Assembly (NCBI GenBank): GCA_963781585.1
Contig: CAWAGQ010000013.1
Span: 224,001 to 288,000, forward strand
Direction of reading: 5' to 3'
DNA length: 64,000 nt
Source of the DNA: an uncultured Gemmatimonadaceae bacterium
GTDB lineage: Bacteria; Gemmatimonadota; Gemmatimonadetes; Gemmatimonadales; Gemmatimonadaceae
The notes beneath the pieces are model-generated. The model ran no database searches, was not told the DNA's origin, and saw nothing but the letters and a program-made list of their open reading frames with translations. Of this stretch, positions 39,967-49,438 are shown piece after piece. The translations under genes were made by a program, and so were the position numbers. How positions within the stretch are numbered: position 1 is the first letter of the stretch; every line of letters begins with the position of its first letter.

Positions 39967-42216
39967 TTACGTCCATTTCAGATCCTGCTTCGACAGCGGC
40001 AGGGAGCGGATCCGCTTCCCGGTCGCCATGAAGATCGCGTTGCAGAGGGCCGGAATCACCGGCGGCAGCGCCGGCTCCCCGAGTCCGGTGACCGGATTCT
40101 CGGTCGTGCGGAAGTAGACCTCGATCGGCGGCGCCTGTCTGATGCGGAGCAGCGGGAACGTATTGAAGTTCGCCTGCACGGCGTGCCCATTCTCGATCGT
40201 GATTTCCTGGCCCAACGCTTCGGCAATGCCGTCGAGTACCGCCCCCTGCGCCTGGCTCTCGGCGTTGCTCGGGTTGATGATCTGGCTGCCGATGTCGCCG
40301 GCGACCCAGACCCGGTCCACCTTCACGGAACCCGCCTGGCTGACGGTTGCCTGGACCACTTCCGCGAAGTAGCCGCGGTGGCTGAAGTGGAATGCCACGC
40401 CCATCCCGGTTCCGCGCGGCAGGGTCTTTTTCCCCCATCCCGACTTCTCCACCACCAGTTCGAGCACTCCGCGCATCCGCTCGCCGTCGAACGACGGTCC
40501 CTGGAATCCGCGGCCGCCCCGGCCACCCGGATTCTGCGCCGGCGGCGGCGGCGCGGGTTTGTCGGTCGCCAGCATGGCGAGACGGAACTGCACCGGATCC
40601 TTGCCCGCCGCGTGCGCCAGCTCGTCGATGAACGACTGCATGACGAATGCGACTCCGTTGCTGGTCGGCGCGCGCAGCGCACCGGTGGGGACGCCGAGCG
40701 GCATGACCGACGCGTCGAGCGCATAGTTCACGATGAATGGCTGCGGAAACTCGGTGGCGCCAAGGCTCGCGCTCGACGCGAACCGATCCCCTTCGCCGAA
40801 CGAGACGAAGTGGTTGCGCCAGGCGACGAGGTTGCCGCTCGCGTCCAGCCCGCCCGTGAGATAGTGAAACCCGGCCGGCCGGTAGAAATCGTGCTGGATG
40901 TCGTCCTCACGCGACCAGAGGAGCTTCACCGGCACCCCGGCCTGTTTGGCGATCGCCGCCGCCTCCACCATGTAGTCGTTGTTGAGGCGGCGCCCGAAGC
41001 CGCCGCCGCTTCGCGTGAGGTGGACGGTGATGTCGCCCTCCTGCATGCCTAACGTCTGGGCCACCAGCCGGCGGCCGCCGGCCGGTTGCTGGGTGGGCGC
41101 CCAGATCTCGAGCGTGCCGTCACGGTACGAGGCCGTGCAGTTCTGCGGTTCGAGCGGAGCGTGGGAGATGAACGGGTAGAAATACGCCGCCTCCACCACC
41201 TTGGCCGCGCTCTTGAGGGCCGCGTCGGGATCGCCGTCACGGCGCAGCGAGCGCTGCGGTGGTTGCTTCGACAGCTCGGCGGCCCGCGCGGCGAACCCCG
41301 CGCTGCTCTGGCTCGCCGTTTCCCCTTCGTCCCAGGTGACCTTGAGCTTCGCTCGCGCGCTCTGTGCGGCCCACCAGGTCTCGCCGATTATCGCCACCCC
41401 ACCGAGCAGACCGCTCAGACCCCCCGACGAGCCGGGTTCCACGACGAATGCCTGACGCACTCCCGGGAGCGCCTTGATCTCGTCCAGGTTGGCGCTCACC
41501 ACCTTGCCGGCAAACACCGGGCACTTCTGGAACACCGCGTACTGCATGCCGGGGACCGTGACGTCGATCCCGTACAGCGGCTTGCCGGTCACGATCGAGT
41601 GATTGTCGACGCCGGGAACGCGGGTGCCGATGATGCGAAAGTCTTTCGGGTCCTTGAGCTGTACCGACTCCAGGTCCGGCGGCGTGAGCGTAGACGCCTT
41701 GGCGATCAGATCGCCGTAGGCCAGCTGTCGGTTGGTGCGGCGATGACGGACCACTCCGGCGGCGGTCTCGCACTCCGATTCCGGAACGCCCCACGTCTGT
41801 GCCGCGGCGGTGACCAGCATCACGCGGCCGGCGGCGCCGACGCGCCGCATCGGCATCCAGTTGGTCGGGGTCGCGGTGCTCCCGCCGGCCGACTGCGCGG
41901 TGAACTTCTCGGTGTCGAGCGAAGCTTGTTCGATCCGGACGTTCTTCCAGTCCACGTCCAGCTCGTCGGCGATCAGCATCGGCAGCGTCGTCTTCATCCC
42001 CTGCCCGATCTCGGGATTCTTGGCGATGATCGTCACCATCCCGTCGGGCGTGAGGCGGATATACGCGTTAGGCGCGAACTCCGGCGATCCGGACGCGGGG
42101 GCCCAGGCCTCGGCGGTGTCGGCCAGGGGCGAATAGCTGGAGAGCAGAATGCCGCCACCGGCAATCGCGGTCACCCGGAGGAAGTCTCGGCGGTTCACAC
42201 GGGCTGGGGTCGTCAT
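39967..42216 (-). CDS. Xanthine-dehydrogenase-family molybdopterin subunit (IorB-like), Tat-exported
   Basis: [39 protein letters not shown]. Confidence 0.92.
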   Translation of the reverse strand: MTTPARVNRRDFLRVTAIAGGGILLSSYSPLADTAEAWAPASGSPEFAPNAYIRLTPDGMVTIIAKNPEIGQGMKTTLPMLIADELDVDWKNVRIEQASLDTEKFTAQSAGGSTATPTNWMPMRRVGAAGRVMLVTAAAQTWGVPESECETAAGVVRHRRTNRQLAYGDLIAKASTLTPPDLESVQLKDPKDFRIIGTRVPGVDNHSIVTGKPLYGIDVTVPGMQYAVFQKCPVFAGKVVSANLDEIKALPGVRQAFVVEPGSSGGLSGLLGGVAIIGETWWAAQSARAKLKVTWDEGETASQSSAGFAARAAELSKQPPQRSLRRDGDPDAALKSAAKVVEAAYFYPFISHAPLEPQNCTASYRDGTLEIWAPTQQPAGGRRLVAQTLGMQEGDITVHLTRSGGGFGRRLNNDYMVEAAAIAKQAGVPVKLLWSREDDIQHDFYRPAGFHYLTGGLDASGNLVAWRNHFVSFGEGDRFASSASLGATEFPQPFIVNYALDASVMPLGVPTGALRAPTSNGVAFVMQSFIDELAHAAGKDPVQFRLAMLATDKPAPPPPAQNPGGRGGRGFQGPSFDGERMRGVLELVVEKSGWGKKTLPRGTGMGVAFHFSHRGYFAEVVQATVSQAGSVKVDRVWVAGDIGSQIINPSNAESQAQGAVLDGIAEALGQEITIENGHAVQANFNTFPLLRIRQAPPIEVYFRTTENPVTGLGEPALPPVIPALCNAIFMATGKRIRSLPLSKQDLKWT

Positions 42217-42758
42217 ACCGCCTCCTTCCGCGCCGCTCCCGGCGCCGGATTCGATCCGCGCATGTCGTCAGGCACACCGTTCCGCCGGGAGTTTCCATCG
42301 GTTGCCGCCATCTCGGCGGCGCGGTGGATGGCCTGACGGATGCGCAGATAGGTCGCGCACCGGCAGATGTTGCCATTCATCGCACCGTCGATGTCCTGAT
42401 CGGTGGGATTCGGTGTTCTGGCGAGGAGGGCCGAGGCCGCCATCAGCTGCCCGGCCTGGCAATAGCCGCACTGGGGGACGTCAACCTCTTCCCAGGCGCG
42501 CTGCAACGGGTGCGTGCCGTCGGCCGACAACCCTTCTATGGTAGTGATCTCGGCGCCGGCGACTGTCGAAATCGCGAGCCGGCACGAGTGCACCGCGGTG
42601 CTGCCCCGCAGGACGGTGCAGGCGCCGCACTGTCCGATTCCGCAGCCGAACTTCGTCCCCTTGAGATCGAGGACGTCGCGCAGCACCCAGAGCAGCGGGG
42701 TGTCGGCGGCGACGTCCACGGTGGTGGATTTCCCGTTGACCTTGAAGGTGATGGGCAT
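42213..42758 (-). CDS. 2x[2Fe-2S] small subunit (IorA-like)
   Basis: [40 protein letters not shown]. Confidence 0.95.
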   Translation of the reverse strand: MPITFKVNGKSTTVDVAADTPLLWVLRDVLDLKGTKFGCGIGQCGACTVLRGSTAVHSCRLAISTVAGAEITTIEGLSADGTHPLQRAWEEVDVPQCGYCQAGQLMAASALLARTPNPTDQDIDGAMNGNICRCATYLRIRQAIHRAAEMAATDGNSRRNGVPDDMRGSNPAPGAARKEAV

Positions 42759-42870
42759 GGGCGAACCGCTCCGTATTGTCGGTGGTTCGAAGATATCACG
42801 TTCGGGGCCATGGCGCGACGCAGAAGAAGACCCCGATTGGGGAGCCGGCCCCGGCCAGAGGCCCGGCTGG

Positions 42871-44082
42871 CTATTCCTTCCTCACGTATCGCTTGAGCGC
42901 CCTCGGCCCGACCTCGGCGCCGTAGATGTGGCCCGCGGCATCCACGGCCACGCCCTCCGCCGCGCTCGTTCCCCGCGCGTTCTCGTTAGGATCGGGAATG
43001 AAGGCCGTGACCTTTCCGTCCTTCGCGCTCCCGATCCGGATGCCGCGCTTCCACGCCACGTGGGCGGAGTCCACCGACCCCGATTCCGAATCGGCCACGT
43101 AGATGTTGTCGTTCCGGTCGATGAAGATCCCGCTCGGCCGGCTGAATTGATACCAGGTATCCAGGAGCTTGCCATCCTGGGTGAAGATCTGAATCCGGTT
43201 GTTGCCGCGATCACCTACGAACAGACGTCCGCGCGAGTCCATGGCCAGGGCGTGCGGCTGGTCGAACTCGCCCGGCCCGGTGCCGAAGTGTCCCCAGGTC
43301 GCGACCAGCGCCCCGTCCTTCGAGAACCTGAGGACGCGGGCATTCGGCAGGCCGTTGGCCGCGCGCGACGAGTGCCCCTCGGCCACGTAGATGTCGCCGC
43401 TCGGCGCCACCAGAACGTCGTTAGGCTGCCAGAAATACCCCGGCTCCCGCGCGCCCCCGGGCGTGCCGAGTGTCCGGAGAAGCTTCCCGTCGGGGCTGAA
43501 CTCGAACACCTGATGACCCTTCGGCGCCTCCCGCGCGCCTTCGGCTGCGCCGGTGGCGCCCCCCCGGCCCGCGCCGCGACCGGCGCTGTCGGCGTTCCCC
43601 CTGCCGCCCGCGCGACCTGCACCGCCGCGTGCGGCACTGTCGCCGCCGGCACCACCACGGCCCGCGCCCCCGCCGCGCCGTCCGCCGCCTCCCCCGGTGC
43701 ACGCACAATCCGTCACCCACACATTCCCGGCGCGATCCACGAAAATGCCGTGCGGCGAAAGCAGCATCCCGGCGCCGAACGACGTCAGCAGATTGCCATC
43801 GGCGTCGAAATGGAGAATCGAGGGAAGGTCTGAGCCGGCGCAGCTGTTCGCGCCGCAGCGTTCGGCGACCCAGATGCTCTTGCCGTCGGGCGCGATATCG
43901 ACCGCGCTGGTCGAACCCCATGTTCGTCCCGCGGGAAGCTTCGCCCAGCCCTCGATGGTCTGGTACGGGTTGGGCAGATCGTTCGTGGGCTCGGGTGCGG
44001 CCTGGGCCCGGCCCGTTCGGTGCAGCGTCGCCAGGGTGGCGGCGAAGACGATCGCAGATGCGACGCGACGGGGATGCGACAT
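42871..44082 (-). CDS. Exported NHL-repeat beta-propeller (PAL-like family)
   Basis: [53 protein letters not shown]; long Gly/Arg insert. Confidence 0.82.
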   Translation of the reverse strand: MSHPRRVASAIVFAATLATLHRTGRAQAAPEPTNDLPNPYQTIEGWAKLPAGRTWGSTSAVDIAPDGKSIWVAERCGANSCAGSDLPSILHFDADGNLLTSFGAGMLLSPHGIFVDRAGNVWVTDCACTGGGGGRRGGGAGRGGAGGDSAARGGAGRAGGRGNADSAGRGAGRGGATGAAEGAREAPKGHQVFEFSPDGKLLRTLGTPGGAREPGYFWQPNDVLVAPSGDIYVAEGHSSRAANGLPNARVLRFSKDGALVATWGHFGTGPGEFDQPHALAMDSRGRLFVGDRGNNRIQIFTQDGKLLDTWYQFSRPSGIFIDRNDNIYVADSESGSVDSAHVAWKRGIRIGSAKDGKVTAFIPDPNENARGTSAAEGVAVDAAGHIYGAEVGPRALKRYVRKE

Positions 44083-44187
44083 CGAACGGACACTCCCTCG
44101 AAACGAGGTGAAGGCGATTCAAGACCTGCAATGTTCCACCCGCCCGCGGCCGTCACCCATTCAGGAGCAGGCGCGGGTGGCCCTGGC

Positions 44188-44268
44188 CCGACTCCCGCGT
44201 GCCGTCGGCCACCCGGGACCCCGAGAGTGCGCCATCCTCCGACTCCCGTGTGCCGCCGGCAGCCCGGG
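44188..44268. repeat. 30-bp imperfect direct repeat (26/30 identical, 51-bp period)
   Basis: CCGACTCCCGCGTGCCGTCGGCCACCCGGG at 44188 and CCGACTCCCGTGTGCCGCCGGCAGCCCGGG at 44239. Confidence 0.75.
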
Positions 44269-44448
44269 GGAACAAGGGCGAGAGCCGCGGTCGCTCAAGA
44301 CTGCGAGGGGTGCAGCTCCGGTGCAATGGTGCGGTCCAATCCGACCGCCGTCGAGGCCATGCTTGCCGTGCGCGCCTGTCGCCCCCACTATGAGCCCGTG
44401 CCGATTCGTGTTCGGTTCTCGCCCTCTCCCCACACGCTCGAGGCGACG

Positions 44449-47400
44449 ATGTCCCGATTCGTCCGCGGTGCGCTGACCGCCGCCACGCTTCTCGCTACTG
44501 TCGCGCCCGGCGCCCTCCGGGCTCAGGGCGGGCAGGAAGACTCCACTTCGCGCGGTGGCCAGCGCGAGCTGCCACTCACGCCCTCCAAACCGCTGAAGTT
44601 CACCACCGACGAGGGGACATGGCTTTCGCTCGATGTCTCTCCGGACGGGAAGACCGTCGTCTTCGATCTGATCGGCGACCTGTACACGGTGCCGGTGACC
44701 GGCGGGAAGGCCACGCGCCTGACGAGCGGGCAGGCCTTCGACGGGCAGCCGCATTTCTCGCCGGACGGGAAGACGATCGTATTCGTGAGCGACCGGAGTG
44801 GATCGGACAACCTCTGGTTTGTCAGTCCCGAGGGCGGGGATCCGCGTCCGCTGACGCGTGAGACGGACCACGGATTCCTCTCTCCCACCTTCACCCCCGA
44901 CGGCAAGTACGTGGTGGTGTCGAAGGCCATGACCTGGAGCGGCTCGCAGTACGATCTCTGGATGTATCACGTGGGCGGCGGATCCGGTCTCCGGCTGACG
45001 GGGTCCGATTCGGCCGGCGGGCGTGGTGGCGCGCCGGCCGGCGGACGCGGCGGCGGCCCTCCGAACAACTTTGTCGGCCCGGCCGTGTCGCCGAACGAGC
45101 GCTACGTTTATGCCGCCATGCGCACCGGCGGCGGTGGCTACAACCAGACCTCGCTCGGCTGGCAGATCGGCATCTTCGATCGCGAGAACGGCCGCACCTT
45201 CATCAGGACGGACGCCCCGGGCTCGGGCATGCGTCCCGAAGTCAGTCCCGACGGCAAGTGGCTCACCTACGCCACCCGCATCGACTCCCTTACGGTGCTG
45301 ATGATCCGCGACCTGACATCGGGAGATGAGCACGTGCTGGTGCCGAAAATCCAGCGCGACGATCAGGAATCGCGTTTCAGCCGGGACCTTGTGCCGCCGT
45401 ACGCGTTTCTGCCCGACAGCAAGTCGCTGGTGATCGCGCATCACGGTCATTTGTGGCGGGTGAGCGTGCCTGAGGGGCGTGAGACGATGATCCCGTTCAG
45501 CGCCGATGTCGACCAGATGATCGCCGGAGCGATCAAGGAGCAGTATCCGTTCAACGACACCACGCTGGTGGTGCGGCAGATCCGGGATCAGGAGCCCTCC
45601 CCCGACGGGAAGCGGCTGGTGTTCACGGCGCTCGACCGGATCTGGGTGATGGACCTGCCGAGCGGGACGCCGCGCCGGCTGGTGCCCACCGAGGACGTTG
45701 GGGAGTTCGATCCGGCGTGGTCGCCCGACGGGCGGTTCGTGGTCTACGTGACCTGGAACGATGCCACGGGCGGCGACGTCTATCGCGCGTCGACCTCCGG
45801 TTCCGGGACGCCGGAAAAGCTGACCACGCAGTCGGCGTTCTACGCCTATCCGGTCTATTCGCCCGACGGGGCGCGCCTGGTGGTGAATCGCGGCCCCCGG
45901 GCGATGCGCCGCGGCCGGGACGAGCTCGAGGCGCCTAACGCGCAGGCGGTCTCGGTGGAGCTCATGTGGATGCCGGCCGGCGGCGGCGCGCTGACCGACA
46001 TCGCGCCCGTCAATTCGCCGGTGCGACCGAACTTCGTCACCAGCGATCCGGAACACATCTACCTCAGCATCGGTGGGCTGGAGCGGATGCGCTTCGACGG
46101 CACCGACCAGAAGACGATCCTGCGCATTGGTGGGGGAGGGCGCGGCGGTGGAGGCGGGGGCGGGGGCGGGGGAGGCCAGGTGCTCATTTCGCCGGACGGC
46201 GAGCGGGCGCTGGTGGCGTCCAACACCCACGTCTACGTGATCGAGGCCGTACCCGAGACCGGCAATCCACCCACGATCAACGCGACCAATCCCGGCCAGT
46301 CCCAGGTGCCGGTCCGGAAAATCACCACCGTGGGCGGCGAATTCCCGGCCTGGACCCACGACGGCCGGCAGGTGCTGTACTCGTTAGGTCATTCGCTCTT
46401 CACCTACGATCTGGCGGCGGCCGAGACGGCGGCGCGTGACTCCACGGCCCGTGCCGACTCCATCACCAGAGCCGGCCGCGGCGCCCGCGGCGGTGGAGCC
46501 GGCGCCGGCGGCGGGCGCGGAGCAGGGCGGGGTGCGGGCGGGGGCGCGCCGGCGCCGCCGATCTACGAGGCCGAGCGCCACGACGTCCTCATCAGCGTCA
46601 AGAAGGACCGTCCGAGTGGAAGCGTCGTACTGCGGGGTGCCCGCATCATCACCATGAAGGGCGATGAAGTCATCTCCCGGGGTGACATCGTGGTGACCGA
46701 CAACCGCATCGCCGCGGTGGGGCCGTCGGGCAGCGTGCGCATCCCCGCTGGCGCGCGGGTGATCAACGTGGCGGGAAAGACCATCATGCCGGGCTACGTG
46801 GACATCCACGCCCACATCTGGCCCGCGTTCGGCGTGCACAAGTCGCAGCCGTACGAGTATCTGGCGAACCTCGCGTACGGCGTGACGACGACTCGCGACC
46901 CGCAGACCTCCACAACCGACGTCCTCTCCTACAGTGACATGGTGGAGACGGGCGAATTCATCGGGCCGCGCATCTATGCCACCGGCCCGGGCGTCTTCGC
47001 GCAGGCCAACATCCGCACGATCGACGACGCACGAACGGTGCTGAAGCGGTACTCCGAGTTCTATTTCACCAACACCATCAAGCAATACATGACGGGCGAC
47101 CGCCACGTGCGGCAGCTGGTGTCGATGGCCGCCCGCGAGCAACACCTCATGCCGACGCTCGAAGGGGGTCTCGACTTCAAGAAGAACCTCACCGAAGCCA
47201 TGGACGGCTACTCCGGGAGCGAGCACACCCTTCCCATCGCGCCGCTGTACAAGGATGTCCTCGAGCTGTTCGCGACCACCGGTGGCGACACCTGGACGCC
47301 GACGCTCATCGTGCAGTACGGCGGCCCGTGGGCGGAGAACTACTGGTACGAGACCACCGATGTGCTGAACGACCCCAAGCTGAACCACTTCACTCCGCGT

Positions 47401-47880
47401 GGCGTGGTGGAGGAGAAGGCGTCACGCCGGCCGGGATGGTGGGCGCCCACGCAGTGGTCGTTCCAGCTCTTCGCCCAGCAGGCGGCCAAGCTCGTCGCGG
47501 CCGGCGGCCGGGTGGGGCTGGGGAGCCACGGCCAGCTTCAGGGGCTCGGCGCCCAGTGGGAGATCTGGAACATCGCGTCAGGCGGGATGCCGCGGCACGA
47601 CGTGCTGAAGGTGGCGACGATCTTTGGCGCGGAGGCGATCGGCCTGGAGACGGAGCTGGGGTCGCTGGAAGCGGGGAAGCTGGCCGACCTGCAGGTGCTC
47701 GACAAGAACCCGCTCGACGACATCCGCAACACCAATACGATTCGGTATGTGATGAAGAACGGGCGGCTGTACGACGGCAACACGCTCGACGAAATCTGGC
47801 CGCGACAGAAGCAGCTGGCCGGACTGTGGTGGTGGAGTCAGGCGGCCAACGCACAGGGGGGAAGCCGAAGCCGCGAATGA
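44449..47880 (+). CDS. Exported amidohydrolase with N-terminal TolB/PD40 beta-propeller domains
   Basis: EGTWLSLDVSPDG and repeated P-x-[FW]-SPDG; MPGYVDIHAH, GVTTTRDP, GSLEAGKLADL; ATG at 44449 with signal peptide. Confidence 0.9.
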   Translation: MSRFVRGALTAATLLATVAPGALRAQGGQEDSTSRGGQRELPLTPSKPLKFTTDEGTWLSLDVSPDGKTVVFDLIGDLYTVPVTGGKATRLTSGQAFDGQPHFSPDGKTIVFVSDRSGSDNLWFVSPEGGDPRPLTRETDHGFLSPTFTPDGKYVVVSKAMTWSGSQYDLWMYHVGGGSGLRLTGSDSAGGRGGAPAGGRGGGPPNNFVGPAVSPNERYVYAAMRTGGGGYNQTSLGWQIGIFDRENGRTFIRTDAPGSGMRPEVSPDGKWLTYATRIDSLTVLMIRDLTSGDEHVLVPKIQRDDQESRFSRDLVPPYAFLPDSKSLVIAHHGHLWRVSVPEGRETMIPFSADVDQMIAGAIKEQYPFNDTTLVVRQIRDQEPSPDGKRLVFTALDRIWVMDLPSGTPRRLVPTEDVGEFDPAWSPDGRFVVYVTWNDATGGDVYRASTSGSGTPEKLTTQSAFYAYPVYSPDGARLVVNRGPRAMRRGRDELEAPNAQAVSVELMWMPAGGGALTDIAPVNSPVRPNFVTSDPEHIYLSIGGLERMRFDGTDQKTILRIGGGGRGGGGGGGGGGGQVLISPDGERALVASNTHVYVIEAVPETGNPPTINATNPGQSQVPVRKITTVGGEFPAWTHDGRQVLYSLGHSLFTYDLAAAETAARDSTARADSITRAGRGARGGGAGAGGGRGAGRGAGGGAPAPPIYEAERHDVLISVKKDRPSGSVVLRGARIITMKGDEVISRGDIVVTDNRIAAVGPSGSVRIPAGARVINVAGKTIMPGYVDIHAHIWPAFGVHKSQPYEYLANLAYGVTTTRDPQTSTTDVLSYSDMVETGEFIGPRIYATGPGVFAQANIRTIDDARTVLKRYSEFYFTNTIKQYMTGDRHVRQLVSMAAREQHLMPTLEGGLDFKKNLTEAMDGYSGSEHTLPIAPLYKDVLELFATTGGDTWTPTLIVQYGGPWAENYWYETTDVLNDPKLNHFTPRGVVEEKASRRPGWWAPTQWSFQLFAQQAAKLVAAGGRVGLGSHGQLQGLGAQWEIWNIASGGMPRHDVLKVATIFGAEAIGLETELGSLEAGKLADLQVLDKNPLDDIRNTNTIRYVMKNGRLYDGNTLDEIWPRQKQLAGLWWWSQAANAQGGSRSRE

Positions 47881-47958
47881 CGGCTGCTGAATGCGGACGC
47901 TGAGAGCCGACGGCTGCTCGCTACTCGCTCTATTGGACAGCTGACAGGTGAATGCTGA

Positions 47959-48010
47959 AACGCCGTTCCTGTTCGGGACCGCCGCTGCGGCCTCGAACAG
48001 GAACGGCGTT
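47959..48010. terminator. Long hairpin between convergent genes (likely bidirectional terminator)
   Basis: 17-bp perfect stem AACGCCGTTCCTGTTCG / CGAACAGGAACGGCGTT. Confidence 0.7.
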
Positions 48011-48034
48011 CTAAGTCAGGTGGTGCGATCGGCG

Positions 48035-49417
48035 TCAGGCGTTGCGGTCGATGCACCCCTTGAAGTTCGGGTTGTTGAGTTCGTCGGTGGTGATCGGCAT
48101 GTTGACGTCCGAGCCGTAAAGGGCGCCGGCCGCTTTGAACCACTGCCCACTCGGGAAGACGTGGTCGGCCGTGCGATTGTACTGCCGGATCAGCCGGCGC
48201 AGGTCGCCCAGCCGCTGGCCCCGCGCGAACGTCCAGAACGCCTTCTCGCGGAAGAACAGATTCACCGCCGCGTCGCCGGCCGCCGGGGTTGGCAAGGCGG
48301 CCATCACCGGCGTGCTGATGGCGCCGAGGTTCTGCGGTGCGGCGCGGAGCGCGTTCAGGATGGTCATCATCCCGGCCACGTCGTTCGCCTTGAGCTTCGC
48401 CTCGGCTTCGATCAGGCGCGCATCCACGCCCGACACCACCGGCGTCGGATCGGTGCGGCCCCAGAGGTTCTGGAACACCCAGTCGGTGGACGTGTCGAAG
48501 CCCTTGCCTTTCGACGAGTTGAGGGTCGAGCCGCTCACCGGGACGCGGGGATCACCGGCCGAGGCAAAGGGAATCGCGTTGTCGATGATGCCGCCCACGT
48601 CGAAGCTGTCCCCCACCGTCCACCGCTTCTGACTGGTGTTCAGGCTCCAGATGTTGTTGTTGCCACCGGTGAGCGAGAACGTGGAGCGCCACTGGAAGCT
48701 GGTGGCGACGCCGGCCACGAGGGTCGCAGCTTCGCTGAACTTGCCCTGGTCGACCAGCACACGAGCCTTGACAATGGTTGCCGCGTTCCGGACCGACACG
48801 GCGAGGGTATCCGTGCCCGTGGAGGCAGCCAGCGCCGAGTCCAGATGCGTGATGGCCACCGCGTAGACTTCGGCGTTCGTCAGGGGCGGCCCGTACTCCG
48901 GCGCGCCCGTCGAGGCATCGCTGAGTGGGATACCGTTACAGAAATCCTCGGCCAGCTGCATCTCGGCAAACCCGATGATGAAGTACATCTGGCCGAGCCC
49001 CGCTGCCGGGTCCGGCTTGTACTGGACCAGCGCGGCGAGTGCCTCGCGCGCGTTGGTGCGCACCCGGTACAACGTGCGCAGCATCCCCTGGATGTTGGCG
49101 TTGTTGTCGGTGATGGAGCGTTGATCGGTTTCGTTCCGCTGGAGGAATGTGTCGCTCGACTTCCACTCGTCGGTCATGAGGCCGCCGAGGAGCCAGGAAC
49201 TCTCGCCCCCGGCATTGGAGTCCCGGAACCGCGCGAGGGCCCCGATGCGCAATGCGTCCGCGGCCTCGGGGGAATTGATCGTGGCCGGTTTGATGATGTC
49301 CGGGTCGTCGGCGGCCAGGAGGTCGTTCTTGAACTGCGAGCAACCGGCCAGCGCCAGCGCGGTGCTGGTCAGGGCTCCCGCGACGACGAGCCGGCGCATC
49401 GAAATGGTCGTAGTCAT
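48035..49417 (-). CDS. RagB/SusD-like outer-membrane lipoprotein
   Basis: Lipobox ALAGC, EDFCNGIP, ARLIEAEA, LNALRA, EKAFWTFARGQRLGDLRR, ELNNPN; directly downstream of SusC. Confidence 0.85.
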   Translation of the reverse strand: MTTTISMRRLVVAGALTSTALALAGCSQFKNDLLAADDPDIIKPATINSPEAADALRIGALARFRDSNAGGESSWLLGGLMTDEWKSSDTFLQRNETDQRSITDNNANIQGMLRTLYRVRTNAREALAALVQYKPDPAAGLGQMYFIIGFAEMQLAEDFCNGIPLSDASTGAPEYGPPLTNAEVYAVAITHLDSALAASTGTDTLAVSVRNAATIVKARVLVDQGKFSEAATLVAGVATSFQWRSTFSLTGGNNNIWSLNTSQKRWTVGDSFDVGGIIDNAIPFASAGDPRVPVSGSTLNSSKGKGFDTSTDWVFQNLWGRTDPTPVVSGVDARLIEAEAKLKANDVAGMMTILNALRAAPQNLGAISTPVMAALPTPAAGDAAVNLFFREKAFWTFARGQRLGDLRRLIRQYNRTADHVFPSGQWFKAAGALYGSDVNMPITTDELNNPNFKGCIDRNA

Positions 49418-49438
49418 GTGAGTGAGTGCCGGCTAGGG

